Shown here piece after piece: positions 11,211 through 21,828 of a DNA stretch of 64,000 nt. The notes beneath the pieces are model-generated. The model saw only the letters and a program-made list of their open reading frames with translations. It was not told the origin of the DNA and did not search any database. The stretch lies in the IMG/VR virus record IMGVR_UViG_3300006793_000013; one strand, 5' to 3'. The position numbers and the translations under genes were made by a program. Position 1 is the stretch's first letter, and every line of letters begins with the position of its first letter. This DNA is from a virus.

Positions 11211-11873
11211 ATGAAACTGGAAGATAAAAATATGTCAAACAAAGAAAACAAAACGCCAAAAGCACCTGGATTGAATGAAACCGGCGGGTTCCATTTTGAA
11301 GGGCATATTAAGATTTTTGATCCTGAAACTGGAGAAGTTTATCAGGATAAACGCAATGCAATACACTATGAAAATATGAGTGTTGCAATAGTTAACAGTC
11401 TTTCAAATCAAGGGGAAGGTACAGTCTACGAAATGGCGTTTGGTAGCGGTGGTACCACAGTTGACCCTACAGGATTAATTACATATTTGACACCTAACAC
11501 AGTTGGGTCAAACTCCAGTCTTTACAATCAAACATACACTAAAGTTATTGATCAAAGCTCTATTGCAAACGCTGATCCAGTGCGTAACAAAATGGAAGTT
11601 AGACATATTAGTGGAGCAACATACAGTGACATTGTAATTACATGTACACTTGATTATGGTGAGCCAGATGATCAACAAGCATTTGATAATAGTGTTAATA
11701 TGGACAGTAACTTTGTTTTCGACGAGCTTGGACTTAAATGGTATAATCCTAACGGAACAGGCAAACTTTTAACACACGTGGTTTTCCACCCTGTACAAAA
11801 GTCTTTGAACAGACTCTTGCAAGTTGATTATACAATCAGAGTACAGAGTTTAACAGGCTTTACGGAGGTTTAA
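11211..11873 (+). CDS. Putative baseplate/tail-fibre attachment structural protein
   Basis: First ATG after the upstream stop is 11211 (alternative 11232); DELGL and LLTHVVFHPVQKS motifs typical of fibre-associated proteins; context. Confidence 0.55.
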   Translation: MKLEDKNMSNKENKTPKAPGLNETGGFHFEGHIKIFDPETGEVYQDKRNAIHYENMSVAIVNSLSNQGEGTVYEMAFGSGGTTVDPTGLITYLTPNTVGSNSSLYNQTYTKVIDQSSIANADPVRNKMEVRHISGATYSDIVITCTLDYGEPDDQQAFDNSVNMDSNFVFDELGLKWYNPNGTGKLLTHVVFHPVQKSLNRLLQVDYTIRVQSLTGFTEV

Positions 11874-11876
11874 TAA

Positions 11877-14018
11877 ATGCCATATATTGTAAATTTTACA
11901 GATAGCGAAAACAAAACTCCGATCACAGTCTTTGATAATACATCAAGCCAAGATACAAGTTTAACATTTCCAGGACGTAACGTTACTGGATACGGACAAA
12001 TTATTGCTGAAAACTTTTTATCTGTATTAGAAAACTTTGCAAGTGCAAATGCACCTGTAAATCCAGTTGAAGGACAACTTTGGTATGACACACAAAATGG
12101 TGTGCTACAGTTGTTTGACAACACAGCATGGAAAGCAGCATCAAACATTCAAAAGAGTGTTACAGAACCTAGTGTTGAAAATTCTAAAGTTGGTGAACTT
12201 TGGGTTGATACTACAAACCAACAGTTAAGAATTTACACAGGTACAAGATGGTTACTAGTTGGACCAGCAGAAAGTTCAATTGACGGTTTACGTTATGGAC
12301 CAGCAGTAGAAAACATTGCTGACTCAGACAACCAAACAAAAAGTATTTTAATTTTATATATTGCAGACCAACCGGTTGCAATTGTTTCCAAAGACACATT
12401 TACACCTAAAGTTAATATTAAAGGATTTGCAACAGTCAAAGCAGGACTTAATGTTGCAACGCCAGCAAACGATACTGAGAAAACAGAATTTGCTTCTATA
12501 TTTTTAGGAGGCGAACTACCTAAACTTATTGGTACTGCTAAAAATGCAGATGCACTTAACGTTGGTGGAGTTGAAGTATCAGCAGGTAAGTTTTTAAGAA
12601 GTGATATTGTTAACACAACTGACCAAGGACTTAATGTAAGAAACAACGCAGGTTTAACAATTGGTGTTGACGGAAACTTCCAAGTAACAACATCAGCGAC
12701 TGCTGCGAAACTTTATAATTCATCAGCAGGTAGTTCAGTAGATTTACAAGTTAACAGAAACGGTATTCCAACTACAGTACTTAGAGTGCTTGATAACAAA
12801 GTTGGTATTAATATTGCAGCACCAGATGAAGCACTTGATGTTGATGGTAACATTGGCTTAACTGGCGCACTAAAGATTTCAAGTACATCTGAAACAACTA
12901 ACTTATCAACAGGTAGTATTGTTTCAGCAGGTGGCGCAGCGTTTTCTAAAAACATTATAATTGGTGGCGCAGCAAATGTTACAGGAACAATTACATCTTC
13001 AACTTTAAAACCTCAAGTTAATGATACACATGACTTAGGTGAACTAACAAATCGTTGGAAAACAGTTTATGCTAAATCAATTCAAGCAGATGAAATTGTT
13101 GGTACAATTAACGGTAACATTACAGGTAATGCAAATACTGCAACTAACTTAAAAAATGTTACAAGTTTTGCACTAACAGGTGACGTTGTTTCACCCGCAA
13201 TACAGTTTGACGGACAAGTAGGTAGTGCAACTAAGACATTTGCTACTACATTGACTGCTAACATTGTTAAAGATAGAGATGAACCTGCACCAAACCAATC
13301 AGACAAAAACGACTTTGTACTAGTATATAGAGCTTCAGCTGAATCAGGCGGAGCAACAGGACTTCTTAAAGAAACACGTGATACATTTGTAGGTGACTTA
13401 GGAATTCCGTTGGGAGGTATTCTTCCATATGCAGGTACAAATCCACCAACAGGATTTTTATTCTGTGATGGTGGTGAAGTTGAAAGATCTAAGTTTCCAG
13501 AATTATTTGACATTATAGGAACAACATATAACGGTTCAGCAGCACTTAATGGTGTTGGCACATTTAGATTACCAGATTTACGTGGTAGATTTGCACTAGG
13601 TAGGCACAACATGGACAACAATATCAACGTACCAAATGCAGTTGGTGGATTTGTTGATAACGGCGGAGGTGAACCATCGCCAGCAAGAGTTGAAGGTACA
13701 GAAGCTCAAACACTTGCAGGTGCAGCAGGCGCAAGTGCGGTAGCGTTAACATTAGGTAACCTACCAGACCACGAACACGATATGACAGCAAATGGAATAC
13801 AGTATTCGGCTGTTAGAGTTGATAGTGCTATTAACAGTCCAGGTACAACAGGTTTAGGACCTACTGCTCCAGGACAAGCACAGTACTTACAACAATCGGG
13901 CGGTATTAAGAAACCAAGTACAGACTTTACGTTAGGGTCATTAGTTGGTATTATGAATCCGTTCTTGACAATTAACTATATTATACGTTCGGGTCCACCA
14001 GCGTTTACAACAACGTAG
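11877..14018 (+). CDS. Tail fibre protein with tail-collar domain
   Basis: Shared N-terminal anchor (GRNVTGYGQIIAENFLSVLENFA..P..GQLWYD); C-terminal tail-collar motif GGILPYAG..PPTGFLFCDG..VERSKFPELFDIIGTTY..FRLPDLRGRF. Confidence 0.85.
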   Translation: MPYIVNFTDSENKTPITVFDNTSSQDTSLTFPGRNVTGYGQIIAENFLSVLENFASANAPVNPVEGQLWYDTQNGVLQLFDNTAWKAASNIQKSVTEPSVENSKVGELWVDTTNQQLRIYTGTRWLLVGPAESSIDGLRYGPAVENIADSDNQTKSILILYIADQPVAIVSKDTFTPKVNIKGFATVKAGLNVATPANDTEKTEFASIFLGGELPKLIGTAKNADALNVGGVEVSAGKFLRSDIVNTTDQGLNVRNNAGLTIGVDGNFQVTTSATAAKLYNSSAGSSVDLQVNRNGIPTTVLRVLDNKVGINIAAPDEALDVDGNIGLTGALKISSTSETTNLSTGSIVSAGGAAFSKNIIIGGAANVTGTITSSTLKPQVNDTHDLGELTNRWKTVYAKSIQADEIVGTINGNITGNANTATNLKNVTSFALTGDVVSPAIQFDGQVGSATKTFATTLTANIVKDRDEPAPNQSDKNDFVLVYRASAESGGATGLLKETRDTFVGDLGIPLGGILPYAGTNPPTGFLFCDGGEVERSKFPELFDIIGTTYNGSAALNGVGTFRLPDLRGRFALGRHNMDNNINVPNAVGGFVDNGGGEPSPARVEGTEAQTLAGAAGASAVALTLGNLPDHEHDMTANGIQYSAVRVDSAINSPGTTGLGPTAPGQAQYLQQSGGIKKPSTDFTLGSLVGIMNPFLTINYIIRSGPPAFTTT

Positions 14019-14031
14019 GATGAGATATTAA

Positions 14032-15900
14032 ATGGCATATCAGATTAATAAAACAGATGGTACAATAGTTTCAACAGTAGCCGATGGTCAAATTGATAAT
14101 ATCTCTACTGACATTACACTAATTGGTAAAAACTTTAGCGGATTTGGTGAAGTACTTAATGAAAACTTTATTAAGATACTAGAAAATTTTGCTAACGTGA
14201 CTGCGCCTACGGCGCCTATTAAAGGACAGATTTGGTTTGACAGTACAGAATCAAAACTTAAAGTATACAGTGGTACAGCATTTGTTCCAGTAAGTTCTGC
14301 AACAATTGCTAACTCACAACCAACAACACTTGGTGTTGGTGACCTTTGGTTTAATGATACTGCTAAACAGTTATATTTCTTTGATGGTACTAGCACTATA
14401 TTGCTAGGTCCTGCGTATTCAGACGCACAAGGAACTAGTGGACTTATTGTTTCAAGCATACTTGATACACTAAACCAAACTCGTGTTATTACATCACTTT
14501 ACAACAACGGTATCTTGTTAGGTATATTTGCTAAAGATTCATTTACACCTAAAAATGCTATTGAAGGATTTAGTGGAGACATTGGACCAGGATTTAACCA
14601 AGGTACATTGTCAGGCATCAAGTTTGATGTAACTTGTACAAACTCAGAAAAACTAGCAAACATTGATTCTACAAACTACGTTAGAAAAGATACTGCTAAC
14701 TCTTTAACAAACACACTTAGAATTGAAAGTGATCTAGGACTTGTTGTTGGTTCTGCTTCGCAGGCTAACTTGTCAGTTGATAACGGTAACGTTAAATTAT
14801 CAAACGCTGCTGAAGATAAACTTTTAATCTTAGATGTTAGAAAAGGTATCTCGCAGGAGATTGCAGTTAAGATTAGTCCTGATATAAGACAAATTGATTT
14901 ATATGAAGGCGCACCAGATAGTATAGTTAAGACTGGTGGTAGCATGGAACTAGCAGGCGACCTTACTATTAGAGGTAACCTTGTTATTAATGACGGTGAC
15001 CTTGCTACAATTAGACAAACAGAATTAGTTGTTGAGGACAAATACATTGTTCTTGCACAAACAGGCGACAGTGGATCTAACTCAGATGAAATTGCAGATG
15101 GCGGTGGACTAGTAATTAAAGGTACTACTGACAAAGCAATTTTATATAGTAAAGACGGCTTAGGCGCAACAGCAGAATATCCTGCACTTGCTTCACAAGC
15201 GTTTACAAGTTCAGAACACATTAACCTAGCAACAGGTAAAGAATTTAAGATTAACGGAGTAACAGTACTAAGTGGAACTTCGTTAGGTACAGGTATTACA
15301 AGTATTCCAGGTGTTACAGCCTTTGGTGCTCAGAACGTTGTTAATATTGGTCCTGGATTACCTCCAGTAGCACAATTAAGACTTGAGAATCAAAAGATTT
15401 CAACGCTTGATAACAATGATGATATTCAATTAGAAGCACACGGTTCAGGTAACATTGCATTAATAGGTAGTCCAAAAATTACAGGACTTGCTGATCCTAC
15501 AACAGCACAAGATGCTGCAACAAAAGAATACGTTGATGATATTGCACAAACTAGATCATTAGCATTTAGCATGGACTTATCAGATGGTAAACCAAACAGT
15601 TATATTGCATCAGAGATTTTAGCCAAGTTGGCTCCACCGGCTGAATACAGATCCGGTACTTTTGCAAGAATTCTTGTTACACTATTAAGTAACTCAACAG
15701 TTAACTTTAATTTAGCACCTGAAATTAGTATTTCAACAGACACATTTAATACACCTTCAGGAACAGCACCTGCTGTTACAGCAGTAAACGGAGCCATTGC
15801 ATCTATACCAGCAGCTGGTATTACAACATCTAGAATTATTAAAGTATTCCAGTTGTTGTCAGGTAACTGGACACACGTTTCAGATGAGGTATTACCATAA
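14032..15900 (+). CDS. Tail fibre protein (paralog 2)
   Basis: MAYQINKTDG anchor domain shared with neighbours; stalk motif ITGLADPTTAQDAATKEYVD. Confidence 0.75.
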   Translation: MAYQINKTDGTIVSTVADGQIDNISTDITLIGKNFSGFGEVLNENFIKILENFANVTAPTAPIKGQIWFDSTESKLKVYSGTAFVPVSSATIANSQPTTLGVGDLWFNDTAKQLYFFDGTSTILLGPAYSDAQGTSGLIVSSILDTLNQTRVITSLYNNGILLGIFAKDSFTPKNAIEGFSGDIGPGFNQGTLSGIKFDVTCTNSEKLANIDSTNYVRKDTANSLTNTLRIESDLGLVVGSASQANLSVDNGNVKLSNAAEDKLLILDVRKGISQEIAVKISPDIRQIDLYEGAPDSIVKTGGSMELAGDLTIRGNLVINDGDLATIRQTELVVEDKYIVLAQTGDSGSNSDEIADGGGLVIKGTTDKAILYSKDGLGATAEYPALASQAFTSSEHINLATGKEFKINGVTVLSGTSLGTGITSIPGVTAFGAQNVVNIGPGLPPVAQLRLENQKISTLDNNDDIQLEAHGSGNIALIGSPKITGLADPTTAQDAATKEYVDDIAQTRSLAFSMDLSDGKPNSYIASEILAKLAPPAEYRSGTFARILVTLLSNSTVNFNLAPEISISTDTFNTPSGTAPAVTAVNGAIASIPAAGITTSRIIKVFQLLSGNWTHVSDEVLP

Positions 15901-15921
15901 GATGAAAATAGGAGCGTATAA

Positions 15922-18153
15922 ATGGCTTATGTAATTAACAAAACTGACGGAACTCAACTTGTAGTATTACAAGACGCAGCAGTTGACTCAACCACTAGTT
16001 TATCTTTTGTTGGTAGAAATTATGTTGGCTATGGTGAAATTCAAAACGAAAACTTTTTATTCTTATTAGAAAACTTTGCAAATATTTCTGCACCAGGAAC
16101 TCCTATTACAGGGCAAGTTTGGTTTGATACAACAAACAGTATATTAAAAGTTTATGATGGAGAGAATTGGGTTGAAGTTGGTTCTGCAAATGTAAGTCCT
16201 ACTGCTCCAGTAACTCCAGCTCTTGGAACATTTTGGTTAAAGAATGAAACAACTGCAAACGCACCAGCTGATCCTTCACTGCATGTATATGATGGATCTA
16301 ACTGGATTAAAATTGGACCTGAAACAGCAGACGGCTACTTACCAACTAGAGCAGTAACAACAACGTTACTAGCAACTAATGGATCAACATATCCAGTAAT
16401 TGAACTTAAAGTAAATGGTGTTACAATAGGTATTGTATCTTCAAATGCATTTACTATTGATCCAAGTAATGAAGTAAGCGGATTTTCAGAATTAATTACA
16501 GGTATTAATTTAAATGCAATGGCAAAAGTAATGGGAACATTACAGGGTGTTGCAGATAAAGCAATAAGACTTAATTCACCTATATTAGTTAACGGTGTTG
16601 CATTTGACGGTTCAGAAAATCTTACAATTACAGCACAAACACCTAACAGTTTAGTTGCAGGAGAATTTTTAGTAGGAACAGATTTTGATGGTGGTAATCC
16701 TACTACATGGTCAGTTGATGCTACACATTTAAATCAAATTGGTAAAATTGTATCAAGAGATACTACAGGTAACTTTGTAGCAAATCAAATTACTTCAGAT
16801 TTAGTTGGTAATGTTACAGGTAACATTACAGGAGAGACAGGATCATTTACAGGAAGTGTAACAGCAGCAAACTTTATTGGTGCAACACTAAGTGGAACAG
16901 CAGCCGCAGCACAAAGATTATCAACACCAGCAAATATTAATGGAGTTGGGTTTGACGGCACAGCAGATATAACAGTTACAGCAGATGCTAACACACTAAC
17001 AGGTACAAACTTACATAATACTGTTACTAGTTCAGCACTAACAAGTTTAGGAACATTAACATCTTTAGGTGTTGCTGGAAATATTACAGTTGGTTCAAAC
17101 TTAACTATTGACGGAACAATTAATTCTACAGAAATAAAAGCAGCAAATCAAATTAGTTTAGCAGCAACAGAAGGTGTAGATTATCAACTTGATTTATTTG
17201 GACCTACAAGATCTCCTAGCGCAAGAGCAGGACTGCTTCCGAACACAGATGTAGTACTTGACCTTGGTTCAAGTGCGTTAAGATATAAAGATACATATTC
17301 AGAAAAATTTTACGGTGACTTAACAGGTGCAGTTACAGGTAATGCAACATCAGCAACAACAGCAACTAACATTGCAGGCGGTGCAGGTGGAACTATACCT
17401 TACCAAACTGCTTCTGGTTCAACAGCACATATACCATCGGGTACAGCAGGCAAGTTTTTAAAGTCAACTGGTGCTGGACAACCTGTATGGGATACAATAG
17501 CATTTTCAAACCTAACACCAGGCAACTACTTAACTGGTTTAGTTTATGACGGTATTACAAACACAACATTTGATGTTGATGCAACTAACTTGCCTACAGC
17601 AAATAAAGTTGTAGCAAGAGATGCTAATGGAGACTTTAGTGCAAATGTTATTCAAGCAGACTTAAATGGTAATGCTGCAACGGCTACAACAGCAAGTACA
17701 GCAACATCAGCAGTTAATGCAACACAAGCAGCAAACGCAAACAGTGCAGACAATGCAACGCATAGTATAACTAGAGCAAACGCAGACAGTTCAACGTTTA
17801 TTGCTACTACTGAGTTTGTACAAAATGTTGTTGCATCAGCAAATACAAGACAACTTGTTATTAGCTCACCTGCACCAAACACAAGTTCACCAGATGCGCA
17901 GTATATTGATTTAATTGAAGCATATCTTCCTGCAAGTCAAGCAAGTGGACTAAACTTTGAATTGATAATTAATAACATATATGCAGGTTCAAGTTCTAGT
18001 TTTAGTGCTGGTAGATGGATTTTAGCATACAGATGGGCTACTGCTAGTGTTAGTACTTCAACTACACTTTATAATAGTAATACTGGTTACAAGTTGACTT
18101 ATAGTTCAAACGGTAGTAACTGGAGTTACACTGGTACTTGGTCATATGTATAA
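15922..18153 (+). CDS. Tail fibre protein (paralog 3)
   Basis: MAYVINKTDG anchor; repeated NGVAFDG/NGVGFDG and GNVTG beta-repeats; SD GGAG upstream. Confidence 0.75.
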   Translation: MAYVINKTDGTQLVVLQDAAVDSTTSLSFVGRNYVGYGEIQNENFLFLLENFANISAPGTPITGQVWFDTTNSILKVYDGENWVEVGSANVSPTAPVTPALGTFWLKNETTANAPADPSLHVYDGSNWIKIGPETADGYLPTRAVTTTLLATNGSTYPVIELKVNGVTIGIVSSNAFTIDPSNEVSGFSELITGINLNAMAKVMGTLQGVADKAIRLNSPILVNGVAFDGSENLTITAQTPNSLVAGEFLVGTDFDGGNPTTWSVDATHLNQIGKIVSRDTTGNFVANQITSDLVGNVTGNITGETGSFTGSVTAANFIGATLSGTAAAAQRLSTPANINGVGFDGTADITVTADANTLTGTNLHNTVTSSALTSLGTLTSLGVAGNITVGSNLTIDGTINSTEIKAANQISLAATEGVDYQLDLFGPTRSPSARAGLLPNTDVVLDLGSSALRYKDTYSEKFYGDLTGAVTGNATSATTATNIAGGAGGTIPYQTASGSTAHIPSGTAGKFLKSTGAGQPVWDTIAFSNLTPGNYLTGLVYDGITNTTFDVDATNLPTANKVVARDANGDFSANVIQADLNGNAATATTASTATSAVNATQAANANSADNATHSITRANADSSTFIATTEFVQNVVASANTRQLVISSPAPNTSSPDAQYIDLIEAYLPASQASGLNFELIINNIYAGSSSSFSAGRWILAYRWATASVSTSTTLYNSNTGYKLTYSSNGSNWSYTGTWSYV

Positions 18154-18647
18154 TGACAGTAAAGTTAGTACCGGACTATTGTAAGAACGTTGACGAGATA
18201 GTAGAATTAGTAGAGGCAAACGAAGACAGTTTTTTTATTAGGCAGCCAGGAGAAGAATTTAATTTTGTAACTGCCTATGGTGAAAGTAAGTTAAAAAGTA
18301 TGTTCCGTTGGAACATGCCAAAAGAATTAAAGGAGTTGATTACAGAATCAATTCCAGAAGAAGATAGAACTTGTGATAGTTTTTGTATTAACAAATATGA
18401 TCCAGGTGATTATCTTAAAAGGCATAGAGATAGTGCAGGCGGGTATTGGAAGTTTAAACTAATATTTTTAAGAGCTGATGCTCCGCACTTTTGTTGGTAC
18501 GATGAACAAGGCAAAGGAAATTTAGTAGATGAAGGCCCAGGTATGTTAATTGATATGCCTGTGAACTTAGAACACGAAGTAACAGAAATTAAACAAAATG
18601 AAAGACCGAAGATAAGTCTTGCATTAAGTTGGGGAAGAACTAGATGA
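18153..18647 (+). CDS. 2OG-Fe(II) oxygenase (prolyl-hydroxylase-like)
   Basis: NKYDPGDYLKRHRD (HxD), distal LEHEV His and RPKISL; TAATG overlap with upstream stop gives start 18153. Confidence 0.8.
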   Translation: MTVKLVPDYCKNVDEIVELVEANEDSFFIRQPGEEFNFVTAYGESKLKSMFRWNMPKELKELITESIPEEDRTCDSFCINKYDPGDYLKRHRDSAGGYWKFKLIFLRADAPHFCWYDEQGKGNLVDEGPGMLIDMPVNLEHEVTEIKQNERPKISLALSWGRTR

Positions 18648-19084
18648 AAAACATTATTATTTTTAGTGCTGATAGATCAAGAGTGATCTCATCCCAGGAC
18701 TATAATAGCGAGTTTGCTGAAAGACTTACTGAGCAAGGCGTACCTCATAAAGTTATTGATTTAGATGACGCAAATGAATATTGGTGGGGCGATTATGCTA
18801 GTGGAGAAGTAAGATCTCTTAATGATATACCGTTAATTGAAGAAGTAGCAATTGACGAAGTAGTAAACAAGCAGATTCTTGTTAAGTATCCCGTGCATAA
18901 GCAGCTTAATATCATTGCAGAATGCTTAGAAAACGCAGGTATTCCGCTTACAGATGACTTTGTTGCTATGCGTAACTACGTTAAGCAGAAGGTTAATAAC
19001 CATAATAATGCTGTTCAAACGTACAAAGATCAACCAGGTGTATACAGTTTTTACCCTAAACCGTTACCACCAGAAGACGAGTAA
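18644..19084 (+). CDS. Putative tail-fibre assembly chaperone
   Basis: KYPVHKQLNII resembles the YP..xQL motif of fibre chaperones; ATGA-coupled; position after fibre. Confidence 0.45.
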   Translation: MKNIIIFSADRSRVISSQDYNSEFAERLTEQGVPHKVIDLDDANEYWWGDYASGEVRSLNDIPLIEEVAIDEVVNKQILVKYPVHKQLNIIAECLENAGIPLTDDFVAMRNYVKQKVNNHNNAVQTYKDQPGVYSFYPKPLPPEDE

Positions 19085-19091
19085 AGGTAGA

Positions 19092-19097
19092 TAAATA
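19092..19097 (+). promoter_or_regulatory. Late-promoter-like TAAATA box
   Basis: GATAAATAC in intergenic gap before 19125. Confidence 0.5.
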
Positions 19098-19124
19098 CAA
19101 CAGTAAACTAGGAAGAAAACACAC

Positions 19125-20888
19125 ATGGCATACCAAGTAGATAAATTTAACGGAACATTTTTAACGTCAGTAGAAGACGGAACTATTGATACCACTACGG
19201 ATATACGTTTCGTTGGTAAAAACTACGCAGGATACGGTGAAGTACAGAATGAAAACTTCTTACATTTACTAGAAAACTTTGCAAATACTACTGCTCCTCC
19301 AAAAGCAGTTACAGGTCAACTATGGTTTGACGCATCAAACAAGAAAATTAAGTTCTATGATGGTTCACAATGGAAAACAACCAACGGTGCTGAAGTAGCA
19401 TCAGTTGCTCCGTCAGGTTTAGGAGTAGGTGAGCTTTGGTGGGACACATCTGCAAAGCAGTTATATGCATGGTCAGGTGGAGAGTTTGTACTTGTAGGAC
19501 CTGAAGCATCACCAGATCTTGGTGCTAGTGGAGCAATTGCACAAGTTGTTAAAGACACAGGTAATACAAACCATTCAATTTTAAAAATTAATGCAGGTGG
19601 TAAAACAGTTGCAGTTATTTCACAAACAGAATTTACATTAAACAGTTCATTGAACCCTATTGATGACTTTACAGTGATCAAGAAAGGTATTACAATGGCT
19701 AAAGCAGATGCCAACGGTGTTACATCAGACGATTATGTATACTGGGGAACTTCATCTAACGCATTAAAGTTAGGCGGCATTGATGCTTCAGAATATTTAC
19801 AAAAAGGAAGTATTACTTTTAACCAAGAAATTAACTTCCAAGATTCAGGATACAAAGTAGGTGACCAAAGCGACTTTAGATTAAGAGTTGAAAACGATGA
19901 CGAAATTGTTTTTGAAAGTGTTCTTGGTAATCCTATGCAGTTCATTGTTAATGATGGCGGCTCAACTAGAAAAAATATTATGGATATTACCGCAGCAGGT
20001 GTTATTCCAGGTATTGATAGTTCGTTTACTTTAGGTACAGCACAATTTGCTTGGTCGTCAGTACATGCTGATGCATTTACAGGACCTTTAACAGGTAATG
20101 TAACAGGTAATGTTACAGGTAACACACAAGGTAGTTTACTTGCTAACGATTCAACTGTAATGGTTGACGGTGCAACTAAAAACATTGGTTACGTAGGTGC
20201 AAACATTTACGGTACATTGTTTGGATCAGTACAAGGTAACTTGACTGGTACAGCATCAGACGCTAGTGCATTGAATGGTATTACACCATCTGTTTCAGTT
20301 CCTGCTTCAGGAAATAGTATTGTTGTTAGAGATTCGTCAGGTGTAATTTTTGCAAATACTTTTAACGGTACAGCAACTTTTGCAGATAGAATTAAAATTG
20401 ATGACAGTGCAACAGATAGTGATCCTAATTACAAAACTGCTAAAACAACAGCGACAGCAAATACTATTGCTGCTAGAAACTCAAGCGGTGATTTAATTGC
20501 TAACTTATTCCAAGGTACAGCAACCGCAGCTAGATATGCTGACTTAGCAGAGAAATATTTAGCAGACGCAGAATATGAGCCTGGTACAGTTGTATCAGTT
20601 GGCGGAAACGCAGAAGTTACTGCATGTAGTGAAGGCGATAGAGCGTTAGGTGTTGTTTCAGAACAGCCTGCGTTTATGATGAACTCATGGTTAGAAGGTG
20701 GAACATATATTGCACTTAAAGGGCGTGTACCAGTTAAGGTGCTCGGCGCTATTGCTAAAGGAGATAGATTAGTTGCTGCTGCGGAAGGTTATGCTACAAA
20801 AGCTGACAGTCATGCAGACGTGTTTGCAATTGCAATAGAAAGCAATTCAAATTCAGGAACAAAAGTTATTGAAGCGGTAGTATTATAA
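19125..20888 (+). CDS. Tail fibre protein (paralog 4) with C-terminal autocleavage/chaperone-like domain
   Basis: MAYQVDKFNG anchor; C-terminal ARYADLAEKY..D..YEPGTVV...IALKGRVPVKV typical of intramolecular-chaperone domains. Confidence 0.75.
   Translation: MAYQVDKFNGTFLTSVEDGTIDTTTDIRFVGKNYAGYGEVQNENFLHLLENFANTTAPPKAVTGQLWFDASNKKIKFYDGSQWKTTNGAEVASVAPSGLGVGELWWDTSAKQLYAWSGGEFVLVGPEASPDLGASGAIAQVVKDTGNTNHSILKINAGGKTVAVISQTEFTLNSSLNPIDDFTVIKKGITMAKADANGVTSDDYVYWGTSSNALKLGGIDASEYLQKGSITFNQEINFQDSGYKVGDQSDFRLRVENDDEIVFESVLGNPMQFIVNDGGSTRKNIMDITAAGVIPGIDSSFTLGTAQFAWSSVHADAFTGPLTGNVTGNVTGNTQGSLLANDSTVMVDGATKNIGYVGANIYGTLFGSVQGNLTGTASDASALNGITPSVSVPASGNSIVVRDSSGVIFANTFNGTATFADRIKIDDSATDSDPNYKTAKTTATANTIAARNSSGDLIANLFQGTATAARYADLAEKYLADAEYEPGTVVSVGGNAEVTACSEGDRALGVVSEQPAFMMNSWLEGGTYIALKGRVPVKVLGAIAKGDRLVAAAEGYATKADSHADVFAIAIESNSNSGTKVIEAVVL
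20091..20123 (+). repeat. In-frame 12-bp tandem repeat encoding TGNV x3
   Basis: acaggtaatgta acaggtaatgtt acaggtaac. Confidence 0.8.
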
Positions 20889-21790
20889 TGGTAACAACAG
20901 GCGCACAGATCCTATCAACAGACCTCAACAGCCTGCGAAACAAGATTGCTGAAGTCATGGGTACCGGCGTTGGAACGTTTGGATACGGACAAACAGTTAA
21001 TAGCACAACAGTTATTTCAGGTCAAACAGTATTAAAGTCACACTTTGATGCAATAAGATTTGACATTGTAAATGCTTACTTTCATCAAAACGGTGTAGTA
21101 CCAGCAGCAACTATTGCTGCTATTGGTGATCCTATTACAGCATCATCAAGTGATCCTTTTAATGGATATAACACTCTTGCTGACGAATGTCGAAATGATA
21201 GATTTGATTGTGATGCTGGATTATTAACAACATCTATTAAAGATACAAAAAGTTATACGTCTGCTTGGAGTACAAGTGCAGAATACGTGCTAACTGTAAC
21301 ATTTAGTAATGCTAACGAAGCAAGATATTTTTGGAACTCTGGAAGTAGACTAAGATTTACTACAGGAAGAAGTTTAGGTACAGCATCTCAACAGAACGGT
21401 GCATGGACAAGTTTGCTTTCAACTGTAGGAAGGCAATCAATTGGCGGCAGATTACCAGATGGGCTGAATAACATATACATGCTTACTAATACATACCAAG
21501 ATTTATACAACTTATCTGCCAGTACGCCATACTCAAACAACAATTACAAGATTCAAGCAAAGTGTGATGTGGCAAGTAATTCCGCAGGAACAGCTTCAGT
21601 GTTTAACTTTAAAGTTTTACTATCTGATAATTATGTTGATCCAGGTGCACCTGCGCCAGGAGATTCAGTCGACGGCACACTTAGTATTGATGTAGAAGAA
21701 TTAAAAGCTACAGGAACATTACAACCAAGTGGTGCTGCATTTTCTATTACGAGTCCATCGTATTCTGGAACCAGCATTAGTGCAACATAG
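20888..21790 (+). CDS. Virion structural protein (paralog A)
   Basis: VTFSNANEARYFWNSG motif shared with 21829..22857; S/T/G-rich. Confidence 0.6.
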   Translation: MVTTGAQILSTDLNSLRNKIAEVMGTGVGTFGYGQTVNSTTVISGQTVLKSHFDAIRFDIVNAYFHQNGVVPAATIAAIGDPITASSSDPFNGYNTLADECRNDRFDCDAGLLTTSIKDTKSYTSAWSTSAEYVLTVTFSNANEARYFWNSGSRLRFTTGRSLGTASQQNGAWTSLLSTVGRQSIGGRLPDGLNNIYMLTNTYQDLYNLSASTPYSNNNYKIQAKCDVASNSAGTASVFNFKVLLSDNYVDPGAPAPGDSVDGTLSIDVEELKATGTLQPSGAAFSITSPSYSGTSISAT

Positions 21791-21803
21791 ACACTTGTTG
21801 TAG

Positions 21804-21809
21804 TAAATA
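21804..21809 (+). promoter_or_regulatory. Late-promoter-like TAAATA box
   Basis: GTAAATAC in intergenic gap before 21829. Confidence 0.45.
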
Positions 21810-21828
21810 CTGCTGTTAAGGATATTAT

